Notes under the pieces: model-generated
What the model was told of the DNA's origin: nothing
Seen by the model: the letters and a program-made list of their open reading frames with translations, nothing else
Databases searched by the model: none
Source: Myxococcota bacterium
Lineage (GTDB): Bacteria; Myxococcota_A; Polyangia; Polyangiales; Sandaracinaceae
NCBI GenBank assembly: GCA_036149055.1
Contig: JAYZQJ010000097.1
Coordinates: 17,456-81,455 of the forward strand
DNA: 64,000 nt
Reading direction: 5' to 3'
Made by a program: the position numbers and the translations under genes
Shown: positions 7,701-17,239 of the stretch, one piece after another
Layout: the number at the start of each line of letters is the position of its first letter
Numbering within the stretch: the first letter of the stretch is position 1

Positions 7701-10532
7701 CTCCAGCCGGCAGCGGTGCACGGGCGCGCGCCGCTGGTCGCGCCGGAGCTGGTAGCCGCCGCGCGCGTGGCTCCGCTCGGACCACTCCCACCAGGAGTGC
7801 CAGCCCTCGCGGAAGAAGCGGGCCTCGATCGCGCGCCCCTCCGCCGGCTCGCCCTCGTGGTCGACGACGATCGCGCGGGCCTCGAGCGGCTCCCCGAGCG
7901 CGACCCAGTCGTCGCCGCGGGCGAGGCCGACCTCGAGCGCGGCCGGGTAGCCGACGAAGCTGCGCCGGGCGGCGTGGGTGTGGCCGGCGGCGTCGGTGAT
8001 CTCCGCCTCGAGCTCGAAGCGGGTCCGCGCGCTCGCGGCGAGCTGCACGCTCATGGCCAGCGCCGCCCGGCCGGCGGCCCCGAGCTCCTCCTCGCCTCCG
8101 GCCACCGTCCCGCTGCCCGCGCTCGCGCCCGCCGGCGTGAAGCGGAAGCGCGACCAGCGTTCGGGGTAGGAGGCGGCGCCGGCGCGCACGAGCGACCAGC
8201 GCAGCCGCCCGTTCGTGACCGGCGCGCCGAAGAGGTAGGTGCCCGCCGCGTCGACGGTCAGCGCGTCGCCCGCGTGCACCGGCCCCTCGACCGGCGAGAG
8301 ATCCACCCGGAAGGTGGGCTGCCTGAACTCGGCCACGCGGAACGTCGTGCTCCCGAGGAGGCGCTCCTCGTCGAGCACCTCGACCCGCCAGGTCCCGAGC
8401 GGCGCCCCGGCCGGCAGATCGAGCGCGACCGCCGCGGTGCCGAAGCGCGAGGGCGTCACGACCAGCTCGCGGAGCGGGGCGTCTCGCTCGGGCGCGAGCA
8501 CCCGCACCCGGTGCGTCCCGCCGGAGACCGCGCGGACCCGCGTCCCGTCGACCTCCCGGATCACGAGCTTGGCGCGCAGCGACTCGCCCGGTCGGTAGGC
8601 GCCGCGATCGGTGAAGACGGTGGCGATCGGCCCGGGCGACGGAGCGGCGCCCGGCGAGAGCCCCATCTGCGCCGGGCCGACCGCGGTGCGCGGGTCGAGG
8701 AGCAGGGCCGCGCGGTCCTCGCCGTGGGTGACCAGCACCGCGTGGCTCACCACGAGCGGGCTCGCCTCCATGCGCACGTGAGCGACGCCCTGCGCGTCGG
8801 TGCTCGCCCGCGCGCGCTCGCGCCCCTCGGCGTCGGCGACCACGATGGTGGCGCCCTCCACCGGCTCGGCGGTGGCGATCGAGGTGACCCAGAGGAGCAG
8901 CTCGCGAGGATGCGCGCGCACGGTCACGCCGAGGTCGGTGGCCTGCACGAAGGCGGTGTGGGCCGCGTTCGGGCGCCGGGAGGGATCGGGCCGGAACGAC
9001 ACCACGCTCATCGCGCTCTCGTCGTCGCGCCAGGCGTAGTCGCCCGGGCCCCAGCGGTTGGGGCGCGCGCGGGGCGCGAGGGGCGCGAGCGGTGACGAGG
9101 CGCCGCCGTTCTGGACGAAGCGGGTCGGGGAGACCAGCGCGGCGAGCTCCTGCCCGGGCGCGACCGGCCGCCGCAGCACGTCGGCGGGCGCCGGGTTCAC
9201 GATGGCGAAGGGGATCGTGCCCGCGGCGTCCCGCTCGTAGGTCAGCTCACCCTCCGCGACGCGGATGGACGGCGCGTGGCCCGCGCTCCGGATCGCGAGC
9301 GGCGGCAGCGGTCGCAGCGGCTCGCCGGTCTCGGTGCGCAGCCCGCTGACCCGCACCTCGTAGACCTGGTCCGCCTCCCACTCCCCGCTCAGCTCGATCA
9401 GCCGGCTCTGCGGCGGCCCGTGAGGCGCGAGGCGCACGCGCAGATCGGCGACCGCGGGGCGCACCCGGAAGTTGGCGACGCTCGCGCCGTCGAGCCGCGC
9501 GCTCGAGAGCAGGCGGAGGCTCGGTCCGATGCCGATGATCTCCCCGGGCGAGCCGCGGTGATCGCACTGCCCCGGGTAGGCCGCGCCCTCCTGACAGCCG
9601 ACGCCCTCGAGGTGCGGCCGCGGGGCCAGCTCGTAGGTCATCACCGCCGGGCTGCTGCCGCCCCAGGGCAGATATCGCGGGGCGAGCGCGAGCGCGATCC
9701 GCGCGCCCGGCTCGAGCGCCCGGCGGAGGCGCACGTCCACCCGGTAGCCGCTCTCGGGCTGGGTGCGCGAGGCGGTGAGCGCGACCGGGACCGAGCGGTG
9801 GCCTCCGCCGATCTCGTAGGCGAGCAGCTCCTGGCGCAGGCTCGAGGGGCGCACCGGGGCGTCGAAGATCAGCGGCAGCGCCGCGCCCGCCTCCACCCTC
9901 CCCTGCGAGCGGTACGGATTCACGCGGGGCGCGCCGTCCAGCACCAGCACCCGCTCGAGGTCGTCGACGAGCGCCTCCCCCGACAGCGACGCGAGCCCCT
10001 CGGCGAACCCGATGCGCACCTCGCGCACGCCTGGCGTCCACGCGGTCGGCGCGGGCGCGAACACCACCGTCGAGCGCGAGACCCAGCGCGCCTCTCCCGA
10101 GAGCGACGGTCGGAAGCGCAGCGGCGAGCGCTCCGCCGGGCGGCCCACGCGCCAGCCCTCCACCATCGGCCGGTTGAAGCGGACGGTCAGCGACGCCCCG
10201 CGCCGCAGGCTCGTCGCGCCCTCCCGCGGCGCGATCACCGCCAGCGCCTCCGGCTGATCGGCCACCAGGAGCGGCGCGAGGGGCGCGCTCGGCGGCAGCG
10301 TCTCCTCCGCCGGCGGCCACGCCCGGACGTCCTCGAAGAGCCCGGGCGGCACGGTCCCGATCGCCGGTCGATCCGCCTCCTCCTCACCCTGGAACAGGAG
10401 CCCCGCCACCAGCGCGACCAGCGCCGTCGCGCCGCCCACCGCCCAGGGGATCCATCGTCGCCGCGGGCGCCGCCCCCGCGCCGAGGTTCGATAGGGTCCG
10501 TCGCCGGGCGTGGAGGGATCGCGGGTGGTCAT
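4791..10532 (-). CDS. Bacterial alpha-2-macroglobulin family protein (~1913 aa), thioester motif absent
   Basis: FVQATDLGV, VFTDRGAYRPGE, FRVAEFRQP, LWAVDEG and YAIRAT...PPAQIEALY motifs; N-terminal TM; start could be 10532 or 10550. Confidence 0.93.
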   Translation of the reverse strand: MTTRDPSTPGDGPYRTSARGRRPRRRWIPWAVGGATALVALVAGLLFQGEEEADRPAIGTVPPGLFEDVRAWPPAEETLPPSAPLAPLLVADQPEALAVIAPREGATSLRRGASLTVRFNRPMVEGWRVGRPAERSPLRFRPSLSGEARWVSRSTVVFAPAPTAWTPGVREVRIGFAEGLASLSGEALVDDLERVLVLDGAPRVNPYRSQGRVEAGAALPLIFDAPVRPSSLRQELLAYEIGGGHRSVPVALTASRTQPESGYRVDVRLRRALEPGARIALALAPRYLPWGGSSPAVMTYELAPRPHLEGVGCQEGAAYPGQCDHRGSPGEIIGIGPSLRLLSSARLDGASVANFRVRPAVADLRVRLAPHGPPQSRLIELSGEWEADQVYEVRVSGLRTETGEPLRPLPPLAIRSAGHAPSIRVAEGELTYERDAAGTIPFAIVNPAPADVLRRPVAPGQELAALVSPTRFVQNGGASSPLAPLAPRARPNRWGPGDYAWRDDESAMSVVSFRPDPSRRPNAAHTAFVQATDLGVTVRAHPRELLLWVTSIATAEPVEGATIVVADAEGRERARASTDAQGVAHVRMEASPLVVSHAVLVTHGEDRAALLLDPRTAVGPAQMGLSPGAAPSPGPIATVFTDRGAYRPGESLRAKLVIREVDGTRVRAVSGGTHRVRVLAPERDAPLRELVVTPSRFGTAAVALDLPAGAPLGTWRVEVLDEERLLGSTTFRVAEFRQPTFRVDLSPVEGPVHAGDALTVDAAGTYLFGAPVTNGRLRWSLVRAGAASYPERWSRFRFTPAGASAGSGTVAGGEEELGAAGRAALAMSVQLAASARTRFELEAEITDAAGHTHAARRSFVGYPAALEVGLARGDDWVALGEPLEARAIVVDHEGEPAEGRAIEARFFREGWHSWWEWSERSHARGGYQLRRDQRRAPVHRCRLESAAEPTACAYAPTRSGTYLVEVETTDDAGRRSVASRRVYVAGPDEQPDRDPPGAPIAVTPTRQRWTVGETAELAFESPFDVATALITLESEDGARALERRPVQPGGNVVRVRLDAGMVPNVFVSVTLVRPRTGPPGEAIDLHAPDLRFGVAELRVAPESSRLHVTLEAPEDARPGATVPVAVQVRDDAGRPVRGEVTLWAVDEGTLRLTGYATPNPIGNLFRPRPPAFAWEDTRRDLVSRIQPPPMPEASGDGGDGEATRRMMDDRERFEPTPLWAPALETDARGRATATLTLPERATEYRVMAVAVDEGARAGRASTQLVAEQPLVLRPAFPRFLTAGDAVEAAAFLHNATEAPLEVTWSLTVGDARRPGHTVTLPAGGELRISEPVTAPAEGPLALRFDARAGDEAVAVRDEIAVAPRGRYVRSQVFGAAEGSRDVQVGLPEATPRTGGGLRVTVASHPFIGFEGAVESLEASPWGDTESVAATLLALAAWADLGVAAPSGGLSPAELRARAERLVRRLTALQNGEGGFSRWTSAGWTLLHETAVATHALAAAQRHGWVDPDVTRRAAEVLAPLVNGASFQDQYGESGLDRIAYALRVLAEAGQPQGARATAIYEQRERLSPFGLAQLALAFGPDDPRTDTLVLSASRQVLADRDDEARDPSRLRWVERSARTFGAVLEAASRYEVGHPRAGELAGQLLVVRGGRPGHPWSSSLETARALLGLSAYASLWAWGEGGAAQVLLDGQALPAITRSDSAATYRIEVPALRGAHTLHVRGADDGAVFFSLDGRWAVPLTEADETPRGRRTALHRVFETQDGRPLEDGATVPLGEMIRVRLFVYTEGGGPEIVGVFDPVAAGFEAVDAGLETTPRASLAALLGMGPDDDVVDARAHHAMRSLGHIAHRAFPSHGASFYFDRMPGGLQEYTYAIRATSVGIFTVPPAQIEALYDHGFVARSRVNVLRVVDEGE

Positions 10533-10645
10533 GCCGCATGCGCGCAGCAAACCTCGCGCCGCCGCGTCTCACCCCGCGCTCTGCGGCTCCGGCTCGCCTC
10601 CGCGTGTCCGCACGCCCACGCCGTGTCGGCGCGACGACACGATCT

Positions 10646-11269
10646 TCAACTGACGAGGAGCGCGACGGCGAGGCTCGGGCGGAGGGCCCAGCCGCGCGGC
10701 GGGAAGGGGCCGTCCGCGAGCGGGTTCATCGGCGGGCCGGTGAGGCCGTCGGCGGACCAGGCGCCGAGCCCGAAGCGCCCCTGCACGCGCAGCCCGGGGA
10801 GCGCTTCCACCTCGAACCCGGCGAACCCGCCGAGCGCCATGCCGGCCACGAAGTAGTCCTCGAGCCCGTAGAGCAGCCGGGTGATGCCCACGCCGACGGA
10901 AGCGCCGAGCGAGACCGCGAGCCCTCCCTCGAGGCGCAGCACGAGCGACGGCTCGACGCTCGGCAGGAAGTAGGGCTGCGTGTGGCCCAGCGGCTCGAAG
11001 AGCGCGCCCGCCTCGAGCCGGCCCTCGAGCCGGAACCAGCGCACATCGAAGCCGGCCCCGGCGGAGGCGCCGAGACCGAGCACCAGGCGCTGACCGTGCC
11101 CCGGGATCTCGCTCTCGTCCGTGCCCGAGATCCGGCTGCCCGCCATGACCGGCGCGTCGACCGAGAAGCGGCCGAACCCCCGGACGTCGTCGACCTGCGC
11201 GCGGGCCACGCCCACGCTGGAGAGCACGAGCGCGACCACCCCCACACCGGCGACCCTCATGCCCCCCAT
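10646..11269 (-). CDS. Secreted hypothetical protein, probable small outer-membrane beta-barrel
   Basis: Signal peptide ending VARA-Q; alternating hydrophobic/Gly strands; host-like codon usage. Confidence 0.6.
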   Translation of the reverse strand: MGGMRVAGVGVVALVLSSVGVARAQVDDVRGFGRFSVDAPVMAGSRISGTDESEIPGHGQRLVLGLGASAGAGFDVRWFRLEGRLEAGALFEPLGHTQPYFLPSVEPSLVLRLEGGLAVSLGASVGVGITRLLYGLEDYFVAGMALGGFAGFEVEALPGLRVQGRFGLGAWSADGLTGPPMNPLADGPFPPRGWALRPSLAVALLVS

Positions 11270-11299
11270 GGTGCGCGCCCCGCCCCCCGACGTTGCAGG

Positions 11300-12064
11300 T
11301 CAGTCCTCGACGATGGACGCCGAGCGGATGTAGTCCATCTCGGGGAAGTCGGCGCGGAGGTAGGTGTTGCCCTCGTTCTGGATGCGGCCCTGGATGGGTC
11401 CGCGGCCGCGCGGGGCACCCTCGCCGTAGCCGGCGTAGAGACGGTCGACGACGCTCATGTCGCGGACCCGGCCGAAGGGCGCGAAGCCCATCGAGTCGAG
11501 GCGCGAGTTGTCGACGAGGTTGATGAAGAACTGGGTGGTCCGGGTGCCCGGGCCCGCCATCGCGTAGCTCACCATGCCGCGCGTGTTCGACTGCTCGACC
11601 GGGTCGTCGGGGATGTTCCGGTCGCGCCACTGGCGGCTCACCGCCGGGTCACCGTGAATGCCGGCCTGGGCCATGAAGCCCTCGATCACGCGGAAGAACG
11701 CGATGTCCTGGAAGTAGCCCTCGCGCACGAGCGTGTAGAAGCGGTCCGCGCCGTGCGGGGCCCAGGCGCGCGTCACGTCGATGAGCACCGCCCCCTTGGT
11801 GGTCTCGAGGCGCACGGTGAAGGTGTCCGGCGCGCGCTGGTCCCCCTCGGCGACCTCCTGGGCCGGCGGCTGCGGGCGCGGCGGCTCGACGCGCACCGGC
11901 TCGGTGCGCTCGCGCGGGGTCGCCTCGGCGGGCGCGCCCCCGGCGCCTTCGTCCGCCGCGGTCCTCAGGCGGGGCAGGTCCTCGGGATCGGTCGCGGGCT
12001 CGGCCGAGCGCGAGCAGCCGACGGCGGTGCAGGAGAGCGCGAGAAGCAAGGCGAGACGACGCAA
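11300..12064 (-). CDS. Cyclophilin-type peptidyl-prolyl cis-trans isomerase, lipoprotein
   Basis: WAPHGADRF, FFRVIEGFMAQAG, NTRGMVSYAM, TTQFFINL and FAPFGRV motifs; lipobox AVGC; TTG start. Confidence 0.93.
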   Translation of the reverse strand: MRRLALLLALSCTAVGCSRSAEPATDPEDLPRLRTAADEGAGGAPAEATPRERTEPVRVEPPRPQPPAQEVAEGDQRAPDTFTVRLETTKGAVLIDVTRAWAPHGADRFYTLVREGYFQDIAFFRVIEGFMAQAGIHGDPAVSRQWRDRNIPDDPVEQSNTRGMVSYAMAGPGTRTTQFFINLVDNSRLDSMGFAPFGRVRDMSVVDRLYAGYGEGAPRGRGPIQGRIQNEGNTYLRADFPEMDYIRSASIVED

Positions 12065-12134
12065 GGGGTTCCTCCGTTCCAGGGTCCGTTCGTGCGGCGG
12101 TATAGCGTCTCTCCCTGGTACTGTCTCGCCGTCG

Positions 12135-12923
12135 ATGAAGACCTGGATCGTGCGCGCGCTCGTGGTGATCGGCCTGCTGTTCTTCGGCTGGGTCGCTCAC
12201 TTCTTCCTCGCGCCGCGCGGGCTGGCCTGGATCGTCTGGACGCTCGCCGGGATCGTGGTCGCGTTCGTGGCCCTCGAGCTCGTGCTCCGCACCCGCAAGC
12301 GTCGGGGCGAGCGCTCGGACTGGGCGCGCTGGCAGGCCGCGGTGACCGAGCCGGCGCGCCGCCGGGACGCCATCCGGGAGCTGAAGCGGGAGATCGATCG
12401 GGCGCGGCGCTTCGGCCCGCGCGGCCGGGTGAAGCACGCGCGCCTCGCCACCCGCCTCGCGGAGCTGCAGCTCGCGCTCGGGGACGCGGAGGCGGCCATC
12501 GCGACGCTCGCCAAGGCCCCGGTCCAGGACCTCGAGCCGCTCCCCGCCGCCGTGATCCGGTGCGCCCGCGCGCAGGCCTACCTTCACGCCGGGGACGCCG
12601 ACGGAGCGCACGCCACGCTGTCGCCGGTGGACGCCGAGACCGGCGACGCCGTCGTCGACGCGAGCCTGCGCCTCGCCCGGGGCGGCATCGCGCTCGAGCG
12701 GGGCGACGCGGACGCGGCGCTCGAGGCGGCCCGGGCCATCGCCGCCATCGCCGAGCCCTACGACGAGCTCTGGGACGAGGCCCGCGCGCTCGAGGCGGCG
12801 GCGCTCGACGCCCTGGGCGCGAGCGAGGCGGCGGCGGAGGCGTTAGGGTCGATCGAGGCGCCCGGGCGCGCCCGGCTCGAGGCGGTCGGCAGCGCGCGCG
12901 TACGGCGCCTGCTCGAACGATGA
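12135..12923 (+). CDS. Membrane protein with two N-terminal TM helices and a TPR-like helical domain
   Basis: Start MKTWIVRALVV; Ala-rich helical repeats; ATGA overlap with the next gene. Confidence 0.7.
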   Translation: MKTWIVRALVVIGLLFFGWVAHFFLAPRGLAWIVWTLAGIVVAFVALELVLRTRKRRGERSDWARWQAAVTEPARRRDAIRELKREIDRARRFGPRGRVKHARLATRLAELQLALGDAEAAIATLAKAPVQDLEPLPAAVIRCARAQAYLHAGDADGAHATLSPVDAETGDAVVDASLRLARGGIALERGDADAALEAARAIAAIAEPYDELWDEARALEAAALDALGASEAAAEALGSIEAPGRARLEAVGSARVRRLLER

Positions 12924-13711
12924 TGGACGCAGGCTGGCTCGAGATCGACGAGGACCGCTTCGAGGCGGAGGCGGCGCGCATCGGCGGCTGGCTGGTGCGC
13001 GACGCGGTGCTGATCGCCGGCGAGACCCGGCTCCGGCCGGTCGAGATCGAGCTCTACTACTTCGGGGCGCGGCACCGCGATCCCTTCGCCCACCGCGATC
13101 CCGAGCAGCTCGAGCCCGGCCGCTGGTACTTCCACAAGACCGGCGGGACCTACCGGGGCGGCAGCTTCAAGGGCCTGGACCTGAGCCTCGGGCGGAGCGG
13201 GACCTGGGGCGGCGCGCTGATCCGGAGCGTGCGCGGCCCCGAGGGCGACCTGGTGAGCGGCCCGTCGCTGGTGGTCGATCTCCTGCTCCGGCTGACGCAC
13301 GAGGCCGACGTCTCCGCGCTCGCGCCGAAGGCGGGCGAGCTGCTGCGCCTCGAGCGGAGCGCGCCCGACCCGGCCACCGTGCTCCGGACCGCGCGCGTGG
13401 GGCTGACCCTCAAGCGCTTCGAGGCGGACAAGCCCGCGTTCCTGATGCGCCCCTACCGCTTCCTCAACGCGCCGGCCGAGGTGAAGAAGGGGCGCGTGCA
13501 CACGGTGATCGCGCTGCACCAGGGCGGCCTCGACGCGCGCGAGATCAAGCGGCGCACCGGCAGCCCGGCGCACGCCATCGAGCGCTACCTGGACCGCTAC
13601 GCGCTCGGCCTCGACCGGGGCGCGTTCGAGCCCTTCGTCGACAAGGCGCTCTCGCCGCTCGACCTCGCGGAGCTGCACGGGGTCTGGGAGGCGCGCTTCG
13701 GCGGTTCGTGA
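12920..13711 (+). CDS. Divergent AAG/MPG (methylpurine-DNA glycosylase)-like protein
   Basis: VEIELYY...DPFAH, GRWYFH, GALIRS, SGPSLV, RVGL and PYRF occur in AAG-family order; ATGA-coupled start. Confidence 0.6.
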   Translation: MMDAGWLEIDEDRFEAEAARIGGWLVRDAVLIAGETRLRPVEIELYYFGARHRDPFAHRDPEQLEPGRWYFHKTGGTYRGGSFKGLDLSLGRSGTWGGALIRSVRGPEGDLVSGPSLVVDLLLRLTHEADVSALAPKAGELLRLERSAPDPATVLRTARVGLTLKRFEADKPAFLMRPYRFLNAPAEVKKGRVHTVIALHQGGLDAREIKRRTGSPAHAIERYLDRYALGLDRGAFEPFVDKALSPLDLAELHGVWEARFGGS

Positions 13712-13723
13712 GAAGATCGGGCC

Positions 13724-14479
13724 GTGACCTACCGCTCGCCGCTCGAAGCCGCCCGGGCGCGCATCGCCGCCCTCGAGGAGCTCCTCGACGCGCAGGACCG
13801 GGTGGTCACCGGCGAAGGGGACGCCGGCAAGGACGCCCTGCGCGAGGTGCGGGCCCTGCTCGCGGAGGAGCGGGCCGAGCACGAGGGCCAGCTCTCGAGC
13901 CTGCGCCAGGAGCGCGCGTCGCTCGAGACCCGGCTCGCCGAGCAGGAGACGGAGCTGGTGGCCGAGCGCGCGCGGCGGCAGGCGGAGGTCTCGCTCCTGC
14001 GGAGCAAGCTCGAGGAGGCGGAGCGGGCGATCGCGCACAACACCTCGCTGTTCGAGGCGGAGCAGACGATGCAGCGCGCGGCGGCGGAGGCGGAGCGGGC
14101 GCGGCTCGAGCAGCGGCTGGTGCAGCGCGACACCCAGCTCCGCGAGCTGCGCGAGGAGATCCGCGTGCACCTCGGCGGCGGCGCCCGCGAGATCCGCGCG
14201 TTCTACGAGGCCCGGGTGCGCACCGTCGGCACCGAGCTCGCCGAGCAGGGCTCGCTGGCACGGCGCCTCGAGCAGAGCCTCCGCGACGCGAAGGAGGCGG
14301 TCGAGAAGCTGCCGCCGGCGGACGAGCGAGACCGCGAGGGCATGGTCGAGCGCGAGATGGCCCGCCGGAAGCTCGCGGTCGGGGAGGCGGAGCTGAGCCG
14401 CGCCCGCGCCCGCATCGAGCGCCTCGAGGCCGAGCTCGAGCGGATCACCGCGGCCGAAGCGCAGCTCGCCTCTCGCTGA
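13724..14479 (+). CDS. Coiled-coil hypothetical protein
   Basis: E/R/A/L-rich heptad pattern throughout; host-like GC3. Confidence 0.75.
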   Translation: MTYRSPLEAARARIAALEELLDAQDRVVTGEGDAGKDALREVRALLAEERAEHEGQLSSLRQERASLETRLAEQETELVAERARRQAEVSLLRSKLEEAERAIAHNTSLFEAEQTMQRAAAEAERARLEQRLVQRDTQLRELREEIRVHLGGGAREIRAFYEARVRTVGTELAEQGSLARRLEQSLRDAKEAVEKLPPADERDREGMVEREMARRKLAVGEAELSRARARIERLEAELERITAAEAQLASR

Positions 14480-14482
14480 CGA

Positions 14483-15163
14483 TCACAGGCCGGCGGTGAA
14501 GCGGCGGATCTCGCGGGCCGCCTCCGGGGCGGCGCGCTGGAGCACGAGGTGGGGCGCGTCGAGGCGAGCGAGCGGCAGATCGGGGCGCGCCCAGCCGACC
14601 GAGCGGCGGCGAGACACGAGCCGATCGCCGGTGCCCTCGAGGACGAGGACCGGCACCCGCGCCCGCCGCAGCTCCGCGCGCACGTCGACCTCGAGCACCT
14701 GCTGCACGCGGTGGGCGAGCACCTCGGGGGGCAGCGCCCGCACGGCGTCGCGCACCGCGTCCACCAGCGCGTCGCTCGCGTCCTCGCCGGTCAGGTAGCG
14801 CCGGATCGCGAACGCGGGCAGCGCCCTCGGCAGCCAGCTCGGCCGGGCGAAGAGGAGGCGCAGGGAGCGGGGCGCCGGCGCCTCGGCGAAGGTGGCCGCG
14901 AGCACGACCGCGCGCAGCCGAGGCGGCGGATCGGCCGCGAGGCGGATGGCGACCGGGCCCGAGAACGACTGCGCGACGACGACGAAGCCGCCCCCGTCGC
15001 CCGACAGCGCCGCCCGGACCCGGGCCTCCAGGCGCCCGTAGTCGAGGGGCTCGTCGGACGGGAAGTCGAGCGCCTCCACGTCGAGGTCTCCGTCCAGGTG
15101 CGCGCAGAGCTCGCTCGAGAGGGACGAGCTGCCGTCCAACCCCGGAAGGACGATTGCGCGCAT
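14483..15163 (-). CDS. Alpha/beta hydrolase
   Basis: VLPGLDG, nucleophile elbow AQSFSG, GTGDRLV and APHLVL. Confidence 0.85.
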   Translation of the reverse strand: MRAIVLPGLDGSSSLSSELCAHLDGDLDVEALDFPSDEPLDYGRLEARVRAALSGDGGGFVVVAQSFSGPVAIRLAADPPPRLRAVVLAATFAEAPAPRSLRLLFARPSWLPRALPAFAIRRYLTGEDASDALVDAVRDAVRALPPEVLAHRVQQVLEVDVRAELRRARVPVLVLEGTGDRLVSRRRSVGWARPDLPLARLDAPHLVLQRAAPEAAREIRRFTAGL

Positions 15164-15229
15164 GCGTCCGATGTAGCACCCCGCGCGCGGGGGGCCACGT
15201 CAACCCGACCTGTTCTCGCCCTGCGGCGG

Positions 15230-16537
15230 TCAGACCTCTTCGTGGAAAGGCCCGGTGACTTCGTAGGTGAGGCCGCCGCTGCCGCCGCGCTGCGAGCTGA
15301 AGTAGAGGCGGGTGCCGCTCGGGTCGAACGCGGGCCCCGTGATCTCGGAGTCGTCCTGGCCGACGATCTGGAGCAGCGGCTTGGGCTCGCCGCTGGGGAG
15401 GATGGCGACGATCTGCATCGCGCCGCCGTCCTCGGCGACGAGCACGTCGCCGCAACACGAGACGGTCAGGTTGTCGACGCCGCTGAGCGGCACCGGGGTG
15501 TAGTCGTCGTCGTCGTAGAGCACGGTCATCGTCGACGACGCCACGTCGTAGGCCCAGATCCGGTCGTCCCCCTTGGTGCTCAGGTAGACGGTGCCGGCGT
15601 GGTACCAGATGCCCTCGCCGCCATCGAAGGCGGTGCTCTCGGGCACCTGGTTGCGGGTGCTGGTGGGCCCGGTGCGGAGCGGGTCCGGGACCTCGTGCCA
15701 GGTGACCTCGCCGCCCGGCGCCAGCTCGGCGATCTCGAGCAGGCCGTCGTCGAGATCGGGGAAGCCGTACTCGGTCATGCCGGCGGGCGTGTAGCGGTAG
15801 AAGCCGCCCCCGGACGCGTCCTCGGAGAGGTAGAGCTTCCACTCGGTGGGGTCGACGGTGACCGCCTCGTGCTTGAAGGTGCCGAGCGCGGCGCGGAGCT
15901 GCGGGTCGTGCTCGCCCCACGGATCGGTCTCGTAGACCTGCCCCGCCTCGAGCTCCTCGCAGGACAGCCAGCTGCCCCACGGGGTGGGCCCGCCCGCGCA
16001 GTTGATCTGGGTGCGGGTGAGCGTGGAGTAGGCGTCGACGATGGCCCCGGACGCGTCGAAGCGCAGGGCGCCGACCCCGCCCACCACCGGCAGCTCGCTG
16101 TTCGACACGTAGATCCAGCCGCCGTCCATCGTGGCGAAGGTGGCGCCGCCGTCGGGCGCCCGGTGCCACTCGTGCTCGGTCCCCTCCACGTTCTCGCCCG
16201 AGCGCGCGACGATCCGCGAGGTGAAGCCCTCCGGGAGCCGCACCCCGTTCTCGTCCGGGTCGCCGAGCGGCCCGATGTCGGCGATGAGCGAGCGCAGCGT
16301 CGGCGCCGCCGGCATCTCGCGGGGCGGGAACGCGGTCGAGCCCACGCCCGAGTCCGGCGGGGTCACCCCGGAGTCCGCGGCCGCGTCGCTCGGCGCGCCC
16401 GCGTCCCCCTCGCCCGGGCCGTCGTCGCAGCCCTTCAGGGCGGGCGACATCAGGGCGGCGGCGAGCCCGGCGAGGCCTCCGTGGAGGACGCGGCGGCGCG
16501 GGATCTCGAGGTCGGTGGCGCGGGTCTTCTTCTTCAT
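15230..16537 (-). CDS. phoX: PhoX-family alkaline phosphatase (DUF839), Tat-exported
   Basis: Twin-Arg signal RRRVLHGG; PDGGATF, NCAGGPTPWGSWLSCEE, FKHEA, LYLSED, GVDN, AEDGG and EITGPAF motifs. Confidence 0.88.
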   Translation of the reverse strand: MKKKTRATDLEIPRRRVLHGGLAGLAAALMSPALKGCDDGPGEGDAGAPSDAAADSGVTPPDSGVGSTAFPPREMPAAPTLRSLIADIGPLGDPDENGVRLPEGFTSRIVARSGENVEGTEHEWHRAPDGGATFATMDGGWIYVSNSELPVVGGVGALRFDASGAIVDAYSTLTRTQINCAGGPTPWGSWLSCEELEAGQVYETDPWGEHDPQLRAALGTFKHEAVTVDPTEWKLYLSEDASGGGFYRYTPAGMTEYGFPDLDDGLLEIAELAPGGEVTWHEVPDPLRTGPTSTRNQVPESTAFDGGEGIWYHAGTVYLSTKGDDRIWAYDVASSTMTVLYDDDDYTPVPLSGVDNLTVSCCGDVLVAEDGGAMQIVAILPSGEPKPLLQIVGQDDSEITGPAFDPSGTRLYFSSQRGGSGGLTYEVTGPFHEEV

Positions 16538-16576
16538 CGCGCAGAAGGATAAGAGAGGGTCCCCGGATGGCAAAGG

Positions 16577-17239
16577 TCAGCGCGTGATCTCGAGATCGTG
16601 GGCGCGAGATTCGAGCCAGGCGCGGGTGTCTTCCGTGAGCGCGTCGAAGGCCGCGGCGTCGAGGCCGTGGGTGGTCAGCGTGAGCGCGACGCGGGCGTCG
16701 CCCGAGCCGCCGAACGGCCGCCGCGCGACCAGGTTCGTCAGCCCTCCCCCGAGCGCCTCGATCGCGCGGCTCTCCTGGAAGGCCGACGCGTGGAAGAGCT
16801 CACCGCCGAAGCGCTCGCGGGTGGCCGCGAGGAGGGCGTCCGGGTCTCCATCGGCCGCGACGCGGAGCGTGCGCCGGGCGTCGCCGTCCTTGCGCTCCAG
16901 CCAGTGCTTGAGCTGCACGAAGAACTGCCTCCAGCCCTCGCGCTCGTCGTCGTAGATCTCGTCCCACTCGGCCTCGGTGAGCGAGCCGGGCGAGACCGCG
17001 CGCACGATCGTGCCCGCGCCCGAGGCGTGCAGCGAGAGGCCGGAGCCGCCCTCGGCGGTCAGGGTCATCGCCTCGGCGTCCGGCTTGGCGTGCTCGACGA
17101 AGATGAAGCGCACCTCGGCGTCCAGCCCCTCGTAGTCCCAGCCGAACCAGCGCTTCAGCTCCTCGACCTCGCGCAGCGCCTGCCACACCCGCTCCGGCGG
17201 CGCCGCGATCTCGACCTCGACCCTGTATCCCTTGCTCAT
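16577..17239 (-). CDS. SRPBCC/AHSA1-domain protein
   Basis: VEVEIAAPPERVWQAL...LKRWFG and EGWRQFFVQLKHWLE; ATGA-coupled to the upstream regulator. Confidence 0.85.
   Translation of the reverse strand: MSKGYRVEVEIAAPPERVWQALREVEELKRWFGWDYEGLDAEVRFIFVEHAKPDAEAMTLTAEGGSGLSLHASGAGTIVRAVSPGSLTEAEWDEIYDDEREGWRQFFVQLKHWLERKDGDARRTLRVAADGDPDALLAATRERFGGELFHASAFQESRAIEALGGGLTNLVARRPFGGSGDARVALTLTTHGLDAAAFDALTEDTRAWLESRAHDLEITR

Noticed and set aside
4795..7791. N-terminal ~1000 aa of the 1753-aa ORF 2530..7791
   Set aside because: Off-frame shadow of the A2M gene; PBP1C starts at 4794.
4848..9095. 1415-aa plus-strand ORF
   Set aside because: Antisense shadow of A2M, expected at very high GC3.
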